From positions 73,780,001 to 73,844,000 of the forward strand of contig NC_043008.1 of NCBI RefSeq assembly GCF_006345805.1: DNA of 64,000 nt, in the 5' to 3' direction. Below the pieces are notes generated by a model. The model did not search any database. It saw nothing but the letters and a program-made list of their open reading frames with translations, and was not told where the DNA came from. This stretch comes from Octopus sinensis. Taxonomy: Eukaryota. The stretch's first letter is position 1. The number at the start of each line of letters is the position of its first letter. A program made the translations under genes and the position numbers. Positions 11,590-24,323 of the stretch are shown here, piece after piece.

Positions 11590-12520
11590 TGACTCAAAGC
11601 ACTACTGTTTATATCAACACATAACCCCAGAAACAGTGACGCATTCAACAATATTGTGCCAAATCTCCCTTTACTAACTAGAGATCCAAAAATGAACGAC
11701 ATACTGGAAACGCACAAATTCATCAAATGTAAAAAGCAACACAAGTCACTGAAGAGACTGCTAACAAATGCAAAGCTTTATAATACAACCACGAATCCAA
11801 CGGCTAAAAAATGTGGACGCCCAAATTGTGGAACCTTCCCCAACTTACTTGAAGGCTCGGATTTCCTTTTCAAACAAAGAGAGAGGTTCACAATTAAAAC
11901 TAGTTTCTCTTGTGCCTCTAGGAGCCTAATTTATGTAATAAACTGCTCGGGTAGTGGACACAAATATATTGGACTGACGAGTATGACCTTGAGACGGAGA
12001 ACGACTCTATATAAAGAGCAAATCCATTTCCCGCAATACAGGCAAATTCTTCTCGGTGAACATATAGAAAAATGTGCCGATAACATCAGACCAAATTTCA
12101 TGAACTTTCCCTTTACCAGTGCAAAGACACAATTTCTCCACATGACCGTTTAAATACGGCAAAGTTTTTCATCGAAAAAACAGAACACGTCTTAATATGC
12201 GCACATAACCAGCTTTTATCTTTTTAAAGATTTCAATTCACGATTTCATCACTAAAAAAGTCTTTCAAAACTTTTTTGTGTGTATATATATATATACTCC
12301 CATCTCCTTACCGAAAGCTGAACAGTTATCTCCCTTGCCTACAGCAATAACAATGTTAAAGATAACCAATTACCTCCCCTTATTTTTCTACTTGTGCAGT
12401 CATTCACTTGTAAGTATCATAACACACAACATCGACAAAAATTTCCTCTTAAGAAAATACACATTCAAATAAGTAAGCCTTAATATCACGAATAGCGAAA
12501 GCGAAACCGGTCGATATATT
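11590..12520 (+). mobile_element. PLE 3' remnant: GIY-YIG endonuclease pseudogene plus decayed terminal repeat
   Basis: ORF 11656-12153: KKCGRPNCGT..FSCASRSLIYVINCSG..YIGLTSMTLRRR..FPF; GAAACCGGTC half-HHR near 12504-12513. Confidence 0.85.
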
Positions 12521-12592
12521 AAAAATTATCTTAAAACTATGTAAAGTGTGTGTATTTTCCTTTTTTAATTTCTTATATATATATATATATCA

Positions 12593-12945
12593 GCACAGGT
12601 GTGGCTGTGTGGAAAGAAGTTACATTCCCAACCTTTGGTTCTGGGTTTAGTCCCGTTGTGTGGCATCTCGATCAAATATCTCCTACTAAAGCTGTGTGAA
12701 TAGATCTGGTAGAAAGAAACCCGTCGTATATATAGACGTGTGTGTGACACAGTGTGTTTATCCTGCATCACCGCTTTAGAACTTGTGTTGGTGTGTTTAC
12801 GACCCTGTAAGTTGGGGATCTATTAAAGGTACTGATAGAATAAGTAACAGCTATTTGAAAAATACGTAGTTGGGACCGTTTCATCCGACTAAAATATTTC
12901 CAGCCTGGCTGCAGTTTAACAACTAAAACTGATAAACTGATAAAT
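12593..12945 (+). mobile_element. Decayed SINE family A copy
   Basis: gcacaggtgtggctgtgtgg..gggtttagtcccgttgtgtggca..ggtgtgtttacg..gatagaataagta aligns with 6188-6611. Confidence 0.75.
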
Positions 12946-12969
12946 ATATATCAATATAAGTATATACAT

Positions 12970-13009
<40 letters not shown>

Positions 13010-13011
<2 letters not shown>

Positions 13012-13580
13012 CGGGAATGTTTACGAAAATAAACAGAAGACGAAGGCAGGTGCAGTACAAGCAAACACATGTATTAGTATGGCGTTCAGGAGTATAAATA
13101 GAATAAGTCTTTTACGTTTCGAGCCTATGCTCTTCGACAGAACGATACACAGAAAAAAACAAGGAGAGAAAAAAGTGCGTGTAGGAGCTAACTATCTATC
13201 ATGGCGTCCTGACTTCGGACAGTGGTCAGACGCGCGAGGGACAGTAGGGGAGATAACAGGGTCAAGTGACTTCCAAAACGATGGTGCCCCGAACACAAAG
13301 TTACGTGTGTGTATAAGAGAGTATGTATGTGCGTGTGAAAGAGGGCTTGTGGTCTGGACGTGTGCGTGTATGTATGTGTGGGTGTGGAGATGTGGGGAGA
13401 TGGGGGAGGCGAGAGTGGGGAAAGCCCAAGTGGGGTGTGGGTTCGGCCGGGGTTTGGGGTAGAGTGGGGGTTGTGGGGGATGGGGGAGAGTGAGAGGGGG
13501 AGAAGAGAGGGGAGGGGAGATGAGGTGAATGAGGAGGAGGGAGAGGGGGAAAAGGGGAGAGGCGGAGAGGAGGGGAGTGG
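13010..13580 (-). mobile_element. Pyrimidine-rich 3' UTR/terminal repeat of a PLE with a degenerate HHR (13107-13144)
   Basis: Reverse complement contains CTGTCGA-A-GAGC-atag-GCTC-GAAAC-GTA; bounded by TA microsatellites. Confidence 0.55.
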
Positions 13581-13629
<49 letters not shown>

Positions 13630-14949
13630 CACGAGTGAGTGGCCAAACGAAAGGACACACAACCAATTTATTGGGAGCTGCATGTATGGATGAAAACAGT
13701 ATTTTCCAACTAACTGTTACCCACATACGAACATCAAACCGCAACGCCACGTGACCTTCCACAAACAATAGTCAAATTTAAAATGGCTGACGTCTACCAT
13801 CGCCCTAGGAACCCAAGAGTACTAACAACATTGAATCAAACTGTTTTGATCCATCCATCCATCCATCCCTCAACCCATCCATATATACATATATATACAT
13901 ACATATATATATATATATGTGTGTGTGTGTGGATATATATAGATATATATGTGTGTGTCGATTTATATATATATATACATATATATAGACACATACATAT
14001 ATGAATTTTAGGGATTGTTTATAACATAGTTATGCCATCTTATCTACGTTTCATTTGCGAAAATTAATGAATTCTTATGTAATATAAATTACCAAATGAA
14101 GATCTCTCAAAGTGTCGGGACGTGTAATTTTAAACGGAACAGTACTAGATTGTTGAGTTCTTGAAAAAAGTAGCCTTTGTAGAGATAAGGGGTTTCAGTT
14201 GTACGATCAAATAATATATCTCCTAAATCAGTGGTTCGCAACCATTTTTTTATGTATGGATCTCTTTGATTACTATTCTATTCTGGTTCACCCCCATTGC
14301 CATTCGTTGTTTGAAAACTAGTTTTATAGATGCTTCTTTGAAAACTACTATTTGGTTATTTACACATTAGCTTGCGTAGGTTGAATTATGTAACACATTA
14401 GTGAATGATACCTACCCGTTTTTTTGCAGTAAATACATGCAAAATAACAATTACCACGGGTGCATAAAACAATACGGTGAATTCCTAACTTACTATTTTG
14501 CGTACATGGCCCTAAAAGTTTGATATGGAGCCCTGTAGTCAAACGTGTATATGAGTGAATATTCCTCTGACGCGTGTACTCTTAACGCAATTCTCGTAGA
14601 GAGTAATTGTGAAACAGTGCATGACAAGACCGTATATTTACACTAAATATAAATCCATCCGACCGTGTTCTATGTAGGTTTCTGTCAAGGCAGTTTTGCT
14701 CTTGATCCAGGGCCTCACCATTGGAAGTGAACCAGTGACCTTAAAGTTGTATAGTCGGCTTCTTAATATGATCATTCAATCATATTGCACTTGAACACAC
14801 ACACACGAACACGCGCACACAAACAAATATATATATGCATGCATTCATATATATATACATATACATACATGCATACGTATACATACATACACACACACAT
14901 ATATATATACACACATATATATATATATATTTGAAATTTACAGAAACAC

Positions 14950-15660
14950 AAAAGACAGGTTTATGAACAGCAGCAGGAGTTTGACACTCGGTAAAGTGAG
15001 TAAATGGGGAAGGGTTGGTATCAATAAAGAGAGAATGTGAGTAGGAGTGAAGAGAGCATAGGAAGGGAGTCATATGAAGAGAGGAGGGGAGTTGAGCCCA
15101 TGTGGGGCAAAGGAGAGAAGATAAATTTCTGGTCACGTCGAATGCGAGAGTACAGATGGCCATTTTGCAAAAAACAATCCCGCGAACCTGTCAACTATGC
15201 GGCGTCCCGTTTTACCGATGTAGAGACGGTGGGGGCAGAAAGAGCAGGAGATGCAGTAAATAACGTTGCTAGAAGTGCAGGTAAAGGAGTCGGTGATATG
15301 ATAGGAACGATGGTGGGTGCCTGTGAGGATAGTGGTGTTAGAGACGCAGGGGAACGTGCAGCAGCGTGGGCGGGAGCAGGGGAACGAGCCAGGCTGAGAG
15401 GTGGGGTTAGAGAAAAAAATGTCAACTAGGAGGTCAGGCAGGTTGTGGGCTCGTTTGAAAATGGAAAAGGATGTACGAGATGGATGGGTCGAACTGGATT
15501 CGCTGGAAGGCTCGGAGAATGCTGCGTTAGAAGAGCAAGGTGGAGTGGTGGTAGGTAAGGGGAAACGGGAGACGGGCAACGGTGGTGCGGGTGCGGGTAG
15601 AGAGAGCAGATGCACGGTCTCCGGAACGTGCTCTGGCAAGGCCTGTGTGGATAGTGGTGA
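14950..15660 (-). mobile_element. PLE GIY-YIG endonuclease pseudogene
   Basis: ORF 15133-15726(-): FKRAHNLPDLLV..PGSFPCSRPRC..FTCTSSNVIYCISCSFC..LYIGKTGRRIVDRFA, then RDQKFIF..PHG-type C-terminus. Confidence 0.88.
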
Positions 15661-15722
15661 GGGGATGCACACACACTTACGCATATATACGTGCATATGT
15701 ACGCATACATATGTATATACAC

Positions 15723-15812
15723 GCATATATATACATTTACAATACTACATGCATATATACATTTACAATATTACATGCATATATACATTTACAATATTAC
15801 ATGCATATATAC
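15723..15812. repeat. 26-bp minisatellite, about 3.4 copies
   Basis: gcatatatacatttacaata(c/t)tacat repeated in tandem. Confidence 0.9.
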
Positions 15813-15837
15813 AAAATGACCATTCCTAAATGCAACA

Positions 15838-15882
<45 letters not shown>

Positions 15883-15920
15883 ATATATATAATCAAAAAA
15901 AGCAACAAGAATAACTTCGG

Positions 15921-16010
15921 TAATTTGTACGATCGTTTCACGCTACATCATTTTATTAAATGTTGTAAGTATTACAACAGTTTAAAATGCTGAGCACTCA
16001 TCAGCCATTG
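15921..16010 (-). ncRNA. Hammerhead-like fold with extended helix II; helix I decayed
   Basis: Reverse complement: CTGATGA-GTGCTCAGCATTTTAAAC-TGTTGTAA-tac-TTACAACA-TTTAATAAAATGATGTAGCGT-GAAAC-GATC-GTA. Confidence 0.6.
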
Positions 16011-16230
16011 ATAGAGGTTTTCCATTAATACATAATTTTCATATCAATTGATAACATTCTGGTGCAATTCTGGCGCATCTAACTTAAGTACCATATTCAT
16101 TTGAATCTAAATTTTGCTGAACTTATATATATGGAGTCGCAGGGAAGGGCAGCGCTCGCCGCGAGGCCCGCATTGTCTCGCGCGCGAGCCGCCGCCGCTC
16201 GATCGTCCGTCTCCCGTAAAGAGAATAAAA

Positions 16231-16295
16231 TGGCGGTGCCCCAACATGGCCACAGCTCATTAGCTGAAACTGGAAAAATCAAAATAAAAAAATTC
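16231..16295 (+). mobile_element. Isolated SINE family A 3' tail
   Basis: ggcggtgccccaacatggccacagctcattagctgaaact matches the tail of the 6188-6611 SINE. Confidence 0.6.
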
Positions 16296-17559
16296 AAATA
16301 TATATATATATTGCTGGCGTGGGTAATATTTGTTAGCGTGTAGCTTAGTTTGTTATTCCTTGTTATTCCTAGTCAATAAATAACAAAATTAGGATGCTCT
16401 CACTCTGACGATATAAGGATAGGCAGCTAAAACTGGCATCAGGACATAAACGCTACAATCTTTGACCGTTGTTTTCACTACAAGTATTTTCTCACATTTT
16501 CTTCTCCTGGATAACTGCAAACAGTCTTATACTTCAGCTAGAGTTAGTTGGTTCCTCTTACACAGAATCAATAAATTCTCACTTGTATGTTTCTTCTGCT
16601 TTTCGTCGGTGAAGTAATAAAATAAACGAAGGAAATTTTATTTACTTACTTCGGAGTTATTTCGTGGTGTTAGTGTTAATAGCATGAATATAATGTAAGT
16701 TGGTCTGACTCGTATGTGGGGAGAGCGCAAGTTGACGTTGTGATTGTTACTGAAGCTATGTGTCATATTGTGTGTGTGTGTGTATGTGTGTGTGTGTGTG
16801 TGTGTGTGTACAGATGTTTCCAACAGACAGTGTTACTTCATTTTTGCAGACAGTACTTTTAATAAACCTTTTAAACATAGTGTATTTATTATATACCTTC
16901 AAGTATAAGACGGAATAGCTTAAAACATTCTCCAAGGGACAAGTTTTTTCATACAAGGAATAATGTTATAAAAAAATAGCAACAGTATCGGAAATTTCTT
17001 TAAGAATGACATTTTTTTTATTAGTAAACACAGCTTCAAGCGATTAATTGTTGCTGTGTGCTGCAGGGTGAAAATTTTAGTCCTGTTTTCTTTGGCTTTT
17101 ATTATTAACACGAATGAATAATTTCATTAATTTCTTCATAATTATTTTACAATTTTTACAGTAACAAACGATTGCAGTATTGTGCTAAAATTGTCATCCT
17201 TCCAATTTTAAAGTATGATTTGCATCTATAATCTATGAATATATTAGGAAAGAGCATCAACTCGTTGCTATGATAGAAGTTCCTAACGTCAATAAGATAT
17301 CCACAATTCAATAATTAAGTAACTATCGTCGCTCTTCAAGGTACTTTCGTCTTTGTAGCTTATAATCGACAACAGTATGTTACTAGCACATATTCTAATA
17401 GAACACAAATGAAAGTAACAGGCGCCGTAATATCAGAAGCAATGGTAGAAGAACAAGATAAATGCTGATTTCATCACCTTTAATTACCAGTTGAAGCAAA
17501 TGCTTTTTTCGGATTGTTGAATTTTTTATTATTTATTTTCACATATAATATAAAAATAT

Positions 17560-18270
17560 AAATTGTATATTCTTTATTTTGCATATATGATGATGAAAGG
17601 GGAAAAACTTGCAAGTAGAGACATGTTAATCTAGCTGTGGTACAAAAGAACTGAGTGCAACGGCTGTGACAAAATATATTAGTGATGTGGGAGGGCAAGG
17701 GACTGTCAATGAACTTGTAGATCAAAGCTGATTCAGACATTTTAGAGAAGGTGACACCAAGGTCCGCGTCACCTGTTGTGGAGGATGGGCCTTGCTTGAA
17801 ATGTTTCAACAGCCAATCACAAGCACTTGAGTATTGTCGATAGAATTTGGTCCTTCACAAATCACTATCAATCGATACTTCCATAAACTCGGCCTTGTAA
17901 ATAGACACTGTCGAGAACTTTCTTATGAACTAATCAATGATTAGGTTCAATGAGGTGTGAAGACTTGCAAACAACTGCTGGCAAAACCTTGGGATGTCCG
18001 ACTTTAGTCTCAAATTGTAACCGGAGATGAAAAATGGATCTATTTTCGTAATCCAAATAAGTGATATCAGTGGTTCCGTTCAAACAAAGCTTCAGAAACT
18101 GTTGTCAAACAAAAGCGGTTTGAAAAGATTTTGTTGTGTGTTGTTTGTGTTGCCTCGCGCTACCTGATGTCCAATTTTTGTACCATCAGATCACCACGTT
18201 TTCGGAGGCATTCCGTACACGGGCAGAGGTTCAGCAATGTGGATGAGGTTGAAATCGGATGCAGGTGGGG
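17560..18270 (+). mobile_element. Heavily decayed, internally deleted mariner
   Basis: IVTGDEKWIYFRNPN near 18015-18060 and PSDHHVF near 18180-18205. Confidence 0.7.
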
Positions 18271-18429
18271 TTTTTGGACATCCCATGTTATTTGCTGAAG
18301 ATAGAGCATAATGTATCTTTACTATTTAAAGACATTGCGGTGGGATTTGAGGAGATCTGAATGTTATTTTCAGTATTTCAATCCACTACATCGAGGCACT
18401 TTCGTTGGCACAAGAATTATAGGATATAC

Positions 18430-19380
18430 ATAACTACAAGCTCCCCACTCCTGATCAACCTACAAAAACCACACACTCTAAACATTCTGAGGAAATGGGA
18501 AATGCTATGATTCGCACCACCTTTCTCCATTTATACCCCTTTTCAAAATCCTAAAATCTAATTTTCCATCACAGCATAAATAATATCCTATTTTTAAGAA
18601 ATCAACTGTGAAAATATCGTACTCCACTACAGCTAATTTCGGATCTATAATCGCCTCCTCAAACAAACGCAAACTTTGACACCAGTCCTCGGAACACCCA
18701 AGCTCTCACTCTGCACCCAAATTAAATCACCTACTGGCAATAATACAACCCTTAGTAACCCCATTCAACTAAATAATACCAGACAGATGTCATCTTCCCC
18801 CAACTCTACTCACGCGGCAACATATACTAGCTGCAATACCCCCTCCCAATCCAATACTGATACAGATTGAACTTCGGCTTCTCCCTCACTAATAATGGAC
18901 CAATGGATCTCAACTTCCCTTGCAGTAAACTCCAACCACCGAGCAGTTAGGAAAATCTGCAGTTGTCGGGTTTCTCAACTATGCCCTCTGGAGACTCCTG
19001 TCTACGTAAAAATGTGGTCTACAAATGCCATGTCATAAAACCATGCTCCCACTAAGCAGAGGTATATATTAGTGGCACAGATGATTTCAAACGCAGCTAC
19101 CGTGCACACATTAACACATTCTCCAATTCTAATTCTAAATTATCAATCTCCTGAGCAACTCATACTCACAAACTTAAATCTTAAAATATTCCATACACCC
19201 TGTCCTAGTTCATAGTAAGTGAAACTCCCCCATACAATGTAATCATCGGTACATGTAAATTATGTTTAAAAGAATCGTAACCATTCTTCATCTTCACAAT
19301 CCCTCGTTACTTAGCAGATTCTCTGATGTAATTTTCTCTTGTAAACACAGGTGCTACTCGTCTTTCAAGCACTTTTTTAA
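18430..19380 (+). mobile_element. PLE remnant (thumb/linker plus GIY-YIG)
   Basis: EML*FAPPFS (WFNPPFS motif), FPSQHK..IFKKSTVKISYS, CSCR..CPL..CLRKNVVYKC, YISGTDDFKRSY, CKLCLKE. Confidence 0.8.
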
Positions 19381-20571
19381 ATCTAGGTAATCCCATATCT
19401 ATACTAAAACTAATCTTGAACTAAGACAATGTCAGCCTGGCAACCCTCTACTTAACAAATACTGGCACCTATTAATCTTTCTCATACACATCTGTCAAAG
19501 TCCTTCTAAACGACCAAGTTCCACATTCCTCAGCCTCCCGACCCTCTCAACACGCCTAACTACCCTCTTATTTCTCCTTCATACATAAAGTACGTAATAC
19601 TATCCACTCCATTCGATTCTAACCTGTCAGGCTCTATCCCATGCTCACATCCTTCTATTCAATTTTATACAGCTCTGCCTACCATGGTACTCTCCCTCCA
19701 ATACCAACCCAATTATTTCTTTGCCCCACTAACAACACCTGTAGTAACCACAGAATCACCCCCCCCCCATTCTATCCACTCCATCTATATTGTCTCATAC
19801 CTCTCTACATATCTTAGTGATCTCAGCCGCTGAAGCAGTCAATTTGTTTCCCTCGAATAATGGCCTTTCTTACTATCTCTATAATTCTATAGCCTTCATT
19901 CAAACAAACACAAAAGTTACCATTCACGTACTACCTAAACCACCTTCCCCCTCTTCTACCTCTATTACTATGCCTCCCTACTAGCCTCATTCACCCCTAT
20001 CCCTTGAAATTTATTTTCTCTTCTCATTTTTGTGTCTCTGAATATCTCCCGAATTCCCCACCTCTAATACGCTTAGCTCTCCACAAAATCATTACATGTT
20101 AATCTCCTAACTGTCAGCACCTCAAATGTATGATTTCTTCCGTGAAGATGGAGACTCGTCTCATCCGACGATGGAAACAATTTACAATCATTATTTTGGA
20201 CCACCGAACTTTGTTATTTAATCCGGCTACCGCTTATTATTTCCATCTTCCAGAATAAGTGTATGGGATGGTTATTAGCAACAAGATCTTTTGGATGGAA
20301 ATTTATAAGCCTTTAAGTGTATAACTACTTACGTTTCCACAAACTACATGCTCTGATTGATATATTCCCCCTCTATGGAATGTTACAAGAATGATTTGCA
20401 ATATACATGGATTTTAAGGGGAAATATTAATAAATGTGTTCGTTTCTTCAGGCAAAAATTTGCATTAGTGTTCTGCCTGTATCGAATGTTTAGCTAAAGA
20501 ATATTTACTAATTTACACCAATCAGAAGCTCCTATGTGGTTTATGGGCGATCCTGTGCCTATGTTGACTTA

Positions 20572-20718
<147 letters not shown>

Positions 20719-20969
20719 GTATGTATATATATTATATATGTATGTATATATATATATTGGAAGGTTTGGAGATGATGTACAGGTATTATATATTAGAAGA
20801 AATGAGGTAATCAGATCAGATGGTTCATATTTATAGATATTTATTTATATATTACATTTTTTACATATATATATCATATCATTCAGATCATATCATTCGG
20901 ATTATTAGCGCTTTCTCCCATTCCAGTGGGGTTTTCAAATCAAATCAATTCCTTTGTGGGGAATTTGGT

Positions 20970-21787
20970 CATTCAATTTCCAACCATTTGAAAAGGATTG
21001 GAAAAACAAAAATACTTGAGAAATGGGTAATGCAAGACTTGAACGACAACCCCACCAAAAAAACGCCATTTTGAAGTGTAGTCTTCCCTTCTTTGATGCC
21101 ACAAGAACGACCAGTTTCTCGACCGGATTGTGACTTGCGATCAAAAGTGGATTCTTTACGACAACCTGCGACTCTCGGCTCAGTGTTTGGACGCCAACGA
21201 AGCTCCACGGCACTTCCAGAAGCCAAAGTTGCACCAAAAGACGGTCATGGTGACTGTTTGATGGTCTGTGACCGGTCTCATCCATCACAGCTTTTTGCAT
21301 CCAGGCGAAATAATTACGGCGGAGAAGTACTCTTAGCAAATGGATGAAATGCATAAGAAACTCCAACAACAACAGCCAACATTGGTCAATAGAAAATGAC
21401 CAATTCTTCTCCAAGACTACACCCGGCAGCACGTCGCACAAATGACGCTGCAGAAGTTGAACGAATTGGGCTACGAAACTCTGCCTCTTCCGCCATACTC
21501 ATCAGACATCTCGCCTACCGACTACCACCTTTTCAAGCATCCCGACAACTTCCTGCGTGAGAAATGTTTCAAAACCCAAGGTGATGCCAAACACGCCTTC
21601 AACGACTTAATCGTCACCAACACGCACGACTTTTACGCTACTAGCATAAGTAAACTTGTTTTGAGTTGGTAAAAGTGTGTTGATTATGATGGTGTTTATT
21701 TCGATTAATTAAGTTTTGTTTGAGCCGAGATATGTGCATCTGAATTTAAAGATTAAAAACCGCAAGAACTTTCTTGACAACCTAATA
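20970..21787 (+). mobile_element. 5'-truncated mariner (DD34D) with right TIR
   Basis: FLDRIVTCDQKWILYDN, LHQKTVMVTV, LLQDYTRQH, PPYSSDISPTDYHLFK, KCVDYDGVYFD; TIR ends cttgacaacctaa followed by TA. Confidence 0.9.
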
Positions 21788-21989
21788 GTATAAGCGCCAC
21801 GTAATACTCACTTGGTTATGAGAGTAGTCGTTATAAAATCCCACCTACCCACCTCACACATACATACACAACTTACAATTATTGTAAATGCTAGGCATTG
21901 CCATCATCGGGAGGAAGTACATCCTTAGTACAGGTAAGATCGCATCTTCAAAGCTAAACCTTCACTTAGGGGCTTGAAAATATTTCATT

Positions 21990-22260
21990 CCTAAGTTCGT
22001 GGTAACAGCCTACCCGGCTCAAATGCGGCCTGTAATGAAGTACTGCTCTAAATGTCGCTGTTGCTGCTATATACGAAGTTCTCTTGGACTATATCCTTGT
22101 AATCTAGCTGGTCTCGCACCATCATCACTCTCACCATCCGGACTCATTTATCTATCCATGTTTGTCAATTTGTTGCACCAAACACCGGTTTAGCATTAAT
22201 CGTTATACCCATTCCTTTCTCCCTAAGACAACGTTCCTCTGAAATCTCTGTGCCAGTCTC
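21990..22260 (+). mobile_element. CR1/Jockey-group LINE 3' fragment
   Basis: YPAQMRPVMKYCS (YKAQIRPxMEYCS motif) and RYTHSFLP. Confidence 0.55.
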
Positions 22261-24211
22261 GTCAATAGTTGTTTATTTGATATACTTTACACGGAACATT
22301 ACTAGTATCTAGCCTACCGACACCGGAGGGCCAAGAGGTTTCTTACGTATTGTCTTCCTTGAATGTATGTATATTTTGACAAAGGCAAGCCTACGCAATA
22401 CTTGAATTATAGTTCGCATACTTTACCAGAAGGCAAAATTTGTTGAGATATGTTGATCCCGAAAACATTCGGAATGTAGACGTACCGTGACAATTCCTAA
22501 GCAAAAATATTCGAAAAGACATCGAAATATATTAAGGCTTCAAGATCTCTAGTTTGTCATACAATCATTTACTCATAACCTGGAAAATATTATCCCCACC
22601 TAATCACTTTTACAATGTGTGTAAAACACATGTAAAGTGAAGAAAATAGCTATTGCTAATTCAATAACGGAGTTGATGAATTAATATACGATCACCATTC
22701 ATGGCACAAAAAATCCCATATGGGAGAAATAAACTTGACTTCTTATTGACTAAAACTACTGATGGCAGTGTTTGCAAAAAAATTCCATTCCTATGGTTTA
22801 ATTCTAGTTGCAAAAGATTGTCAGTACCGACTGTTGCTGAACAATGCGTGTTGGTAGCCACAGGTTCATTAATCAGCCAGTAACCACCACTCTAGCTCAC
22901 GATTTTGTCTCCACAATATGACGACTTTTACTCTCCTTTTCAGCATGGAATATAGTACCGTGATGGTGGTATTCACTGAATATGCTTTACAGCATCAATT
23001 TATTCTTCATTCACTGACTGCACATCTCTCTAACTATTATGATCGTCACTGTCGTCACAAATACCAACATACTCATGTATGTGATACTCACTACTGTAGT
23101 CAACGTAAATTTCATCAGTCAGCAATACCTCGCAAATGTTGTTTTCTCTATCGTAGCTCTACAGTTTTTCCACGTCATCAAAATCTAACAAAAACCGGAA
23201 CTTCGGAATCTACATTTCAGATCTCTATCATTTTCATAATGACCTATCGTCTTGATATTCTTTAGACAATACTGAATATTATATTATGGCATATATTTTA
23301 CTTCAATTTTCACATTTAAATTTGGTTGACCTCTTTCAGAATTACTTTTCACTTAACTGCTCCTCCCACTGATTAATCTAATTACCTTCTCCATTCCAGA
23401 AATGAATAGGCGTTTCTTTACTCTCTAATTGGTCAACTTGCTATGTTTTGCTTTTAGAAAGTCAATATATCATCACCAATGATAGACTGTCATTCAATGC
23501 CATAGTCTGTCTAGCCGTAAATGAGGTCATTGTAAATATTTCTTGACTGCACAAAATATACACAAATCTGAAGTATGAAGGCATCAACTTTCATGAAAAA
23601 CTATAACCTAAGATTCGTTTATTTTCGTGTATACAAGAGGAAAGTGATTTGTTCTAATGACTTTCGCAGGTCTTCAGACGTAGTTGATATGGCTTATGTT
23701 CACTTTGAAAAACTTTCAGGACCCATGGCCTTTGTAGTGTTGATAGGAAAGGCGAAGTAAATAACAGCATGTTTGCTGGAGCATATCAGTAAGTGATTCC
23801 ATGTCACTGTCACTGAATCAATTGTCATTCTGAAGATAACAGTGTGCCTGTTTGTAATGGCCGCACAATCCTAAGTATGAGAGTATATTTTATCGCAAGG
23901 TCAATGCATATAGAAGATTATCAATAGTTTTGTGCTGAAATATGTTCTTTCTCGGGAGAGGAAGATACTTCTATAAGATACAGCTTTTATTTACCCATTG
24001 TCTACTTGTTCGTATATTACTAAATACTTCAGTGGAACCACAACGCTCCACTTGGTAAGCGGGTAAACATACCAATATATTCTGTTAAGGGTATTTTTAT
24101 ACACATTCTACAGACTGATTTTTGCCACAACGTATTTTACTACAACGTTTGGTATCGAGATGTCAGATGTAAACAAACAATGAGATTGAAGGCAAAACTG
24201 GGTGATGAGTG

Positions 24212-24323
<112 letters not shown>

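Noticed and set aside
12470-12515. HHR remnants here and at about 16405-16450, 20140-20180, 30140-30180 and 58580-58622
   Set aside because: Only one core half (GAAAC.. or CTGANGA) survives or the helices do not pair; not called as ribozymes
16101-16343. ORF with AAAATGGCG as a possible gene start in a CpG island
   Set aside because: The sequence from ATGGCGG onward matches the SINE family A tail and runs into a TA tract; no donor site or recognisable protein
22650-23000. Possible piggyBac transposase fragment on the minus strand (KFISPIWDF; WNFFANT)
   Set aside because: Only two weak motif echoes; no TIR or TTAA evidence
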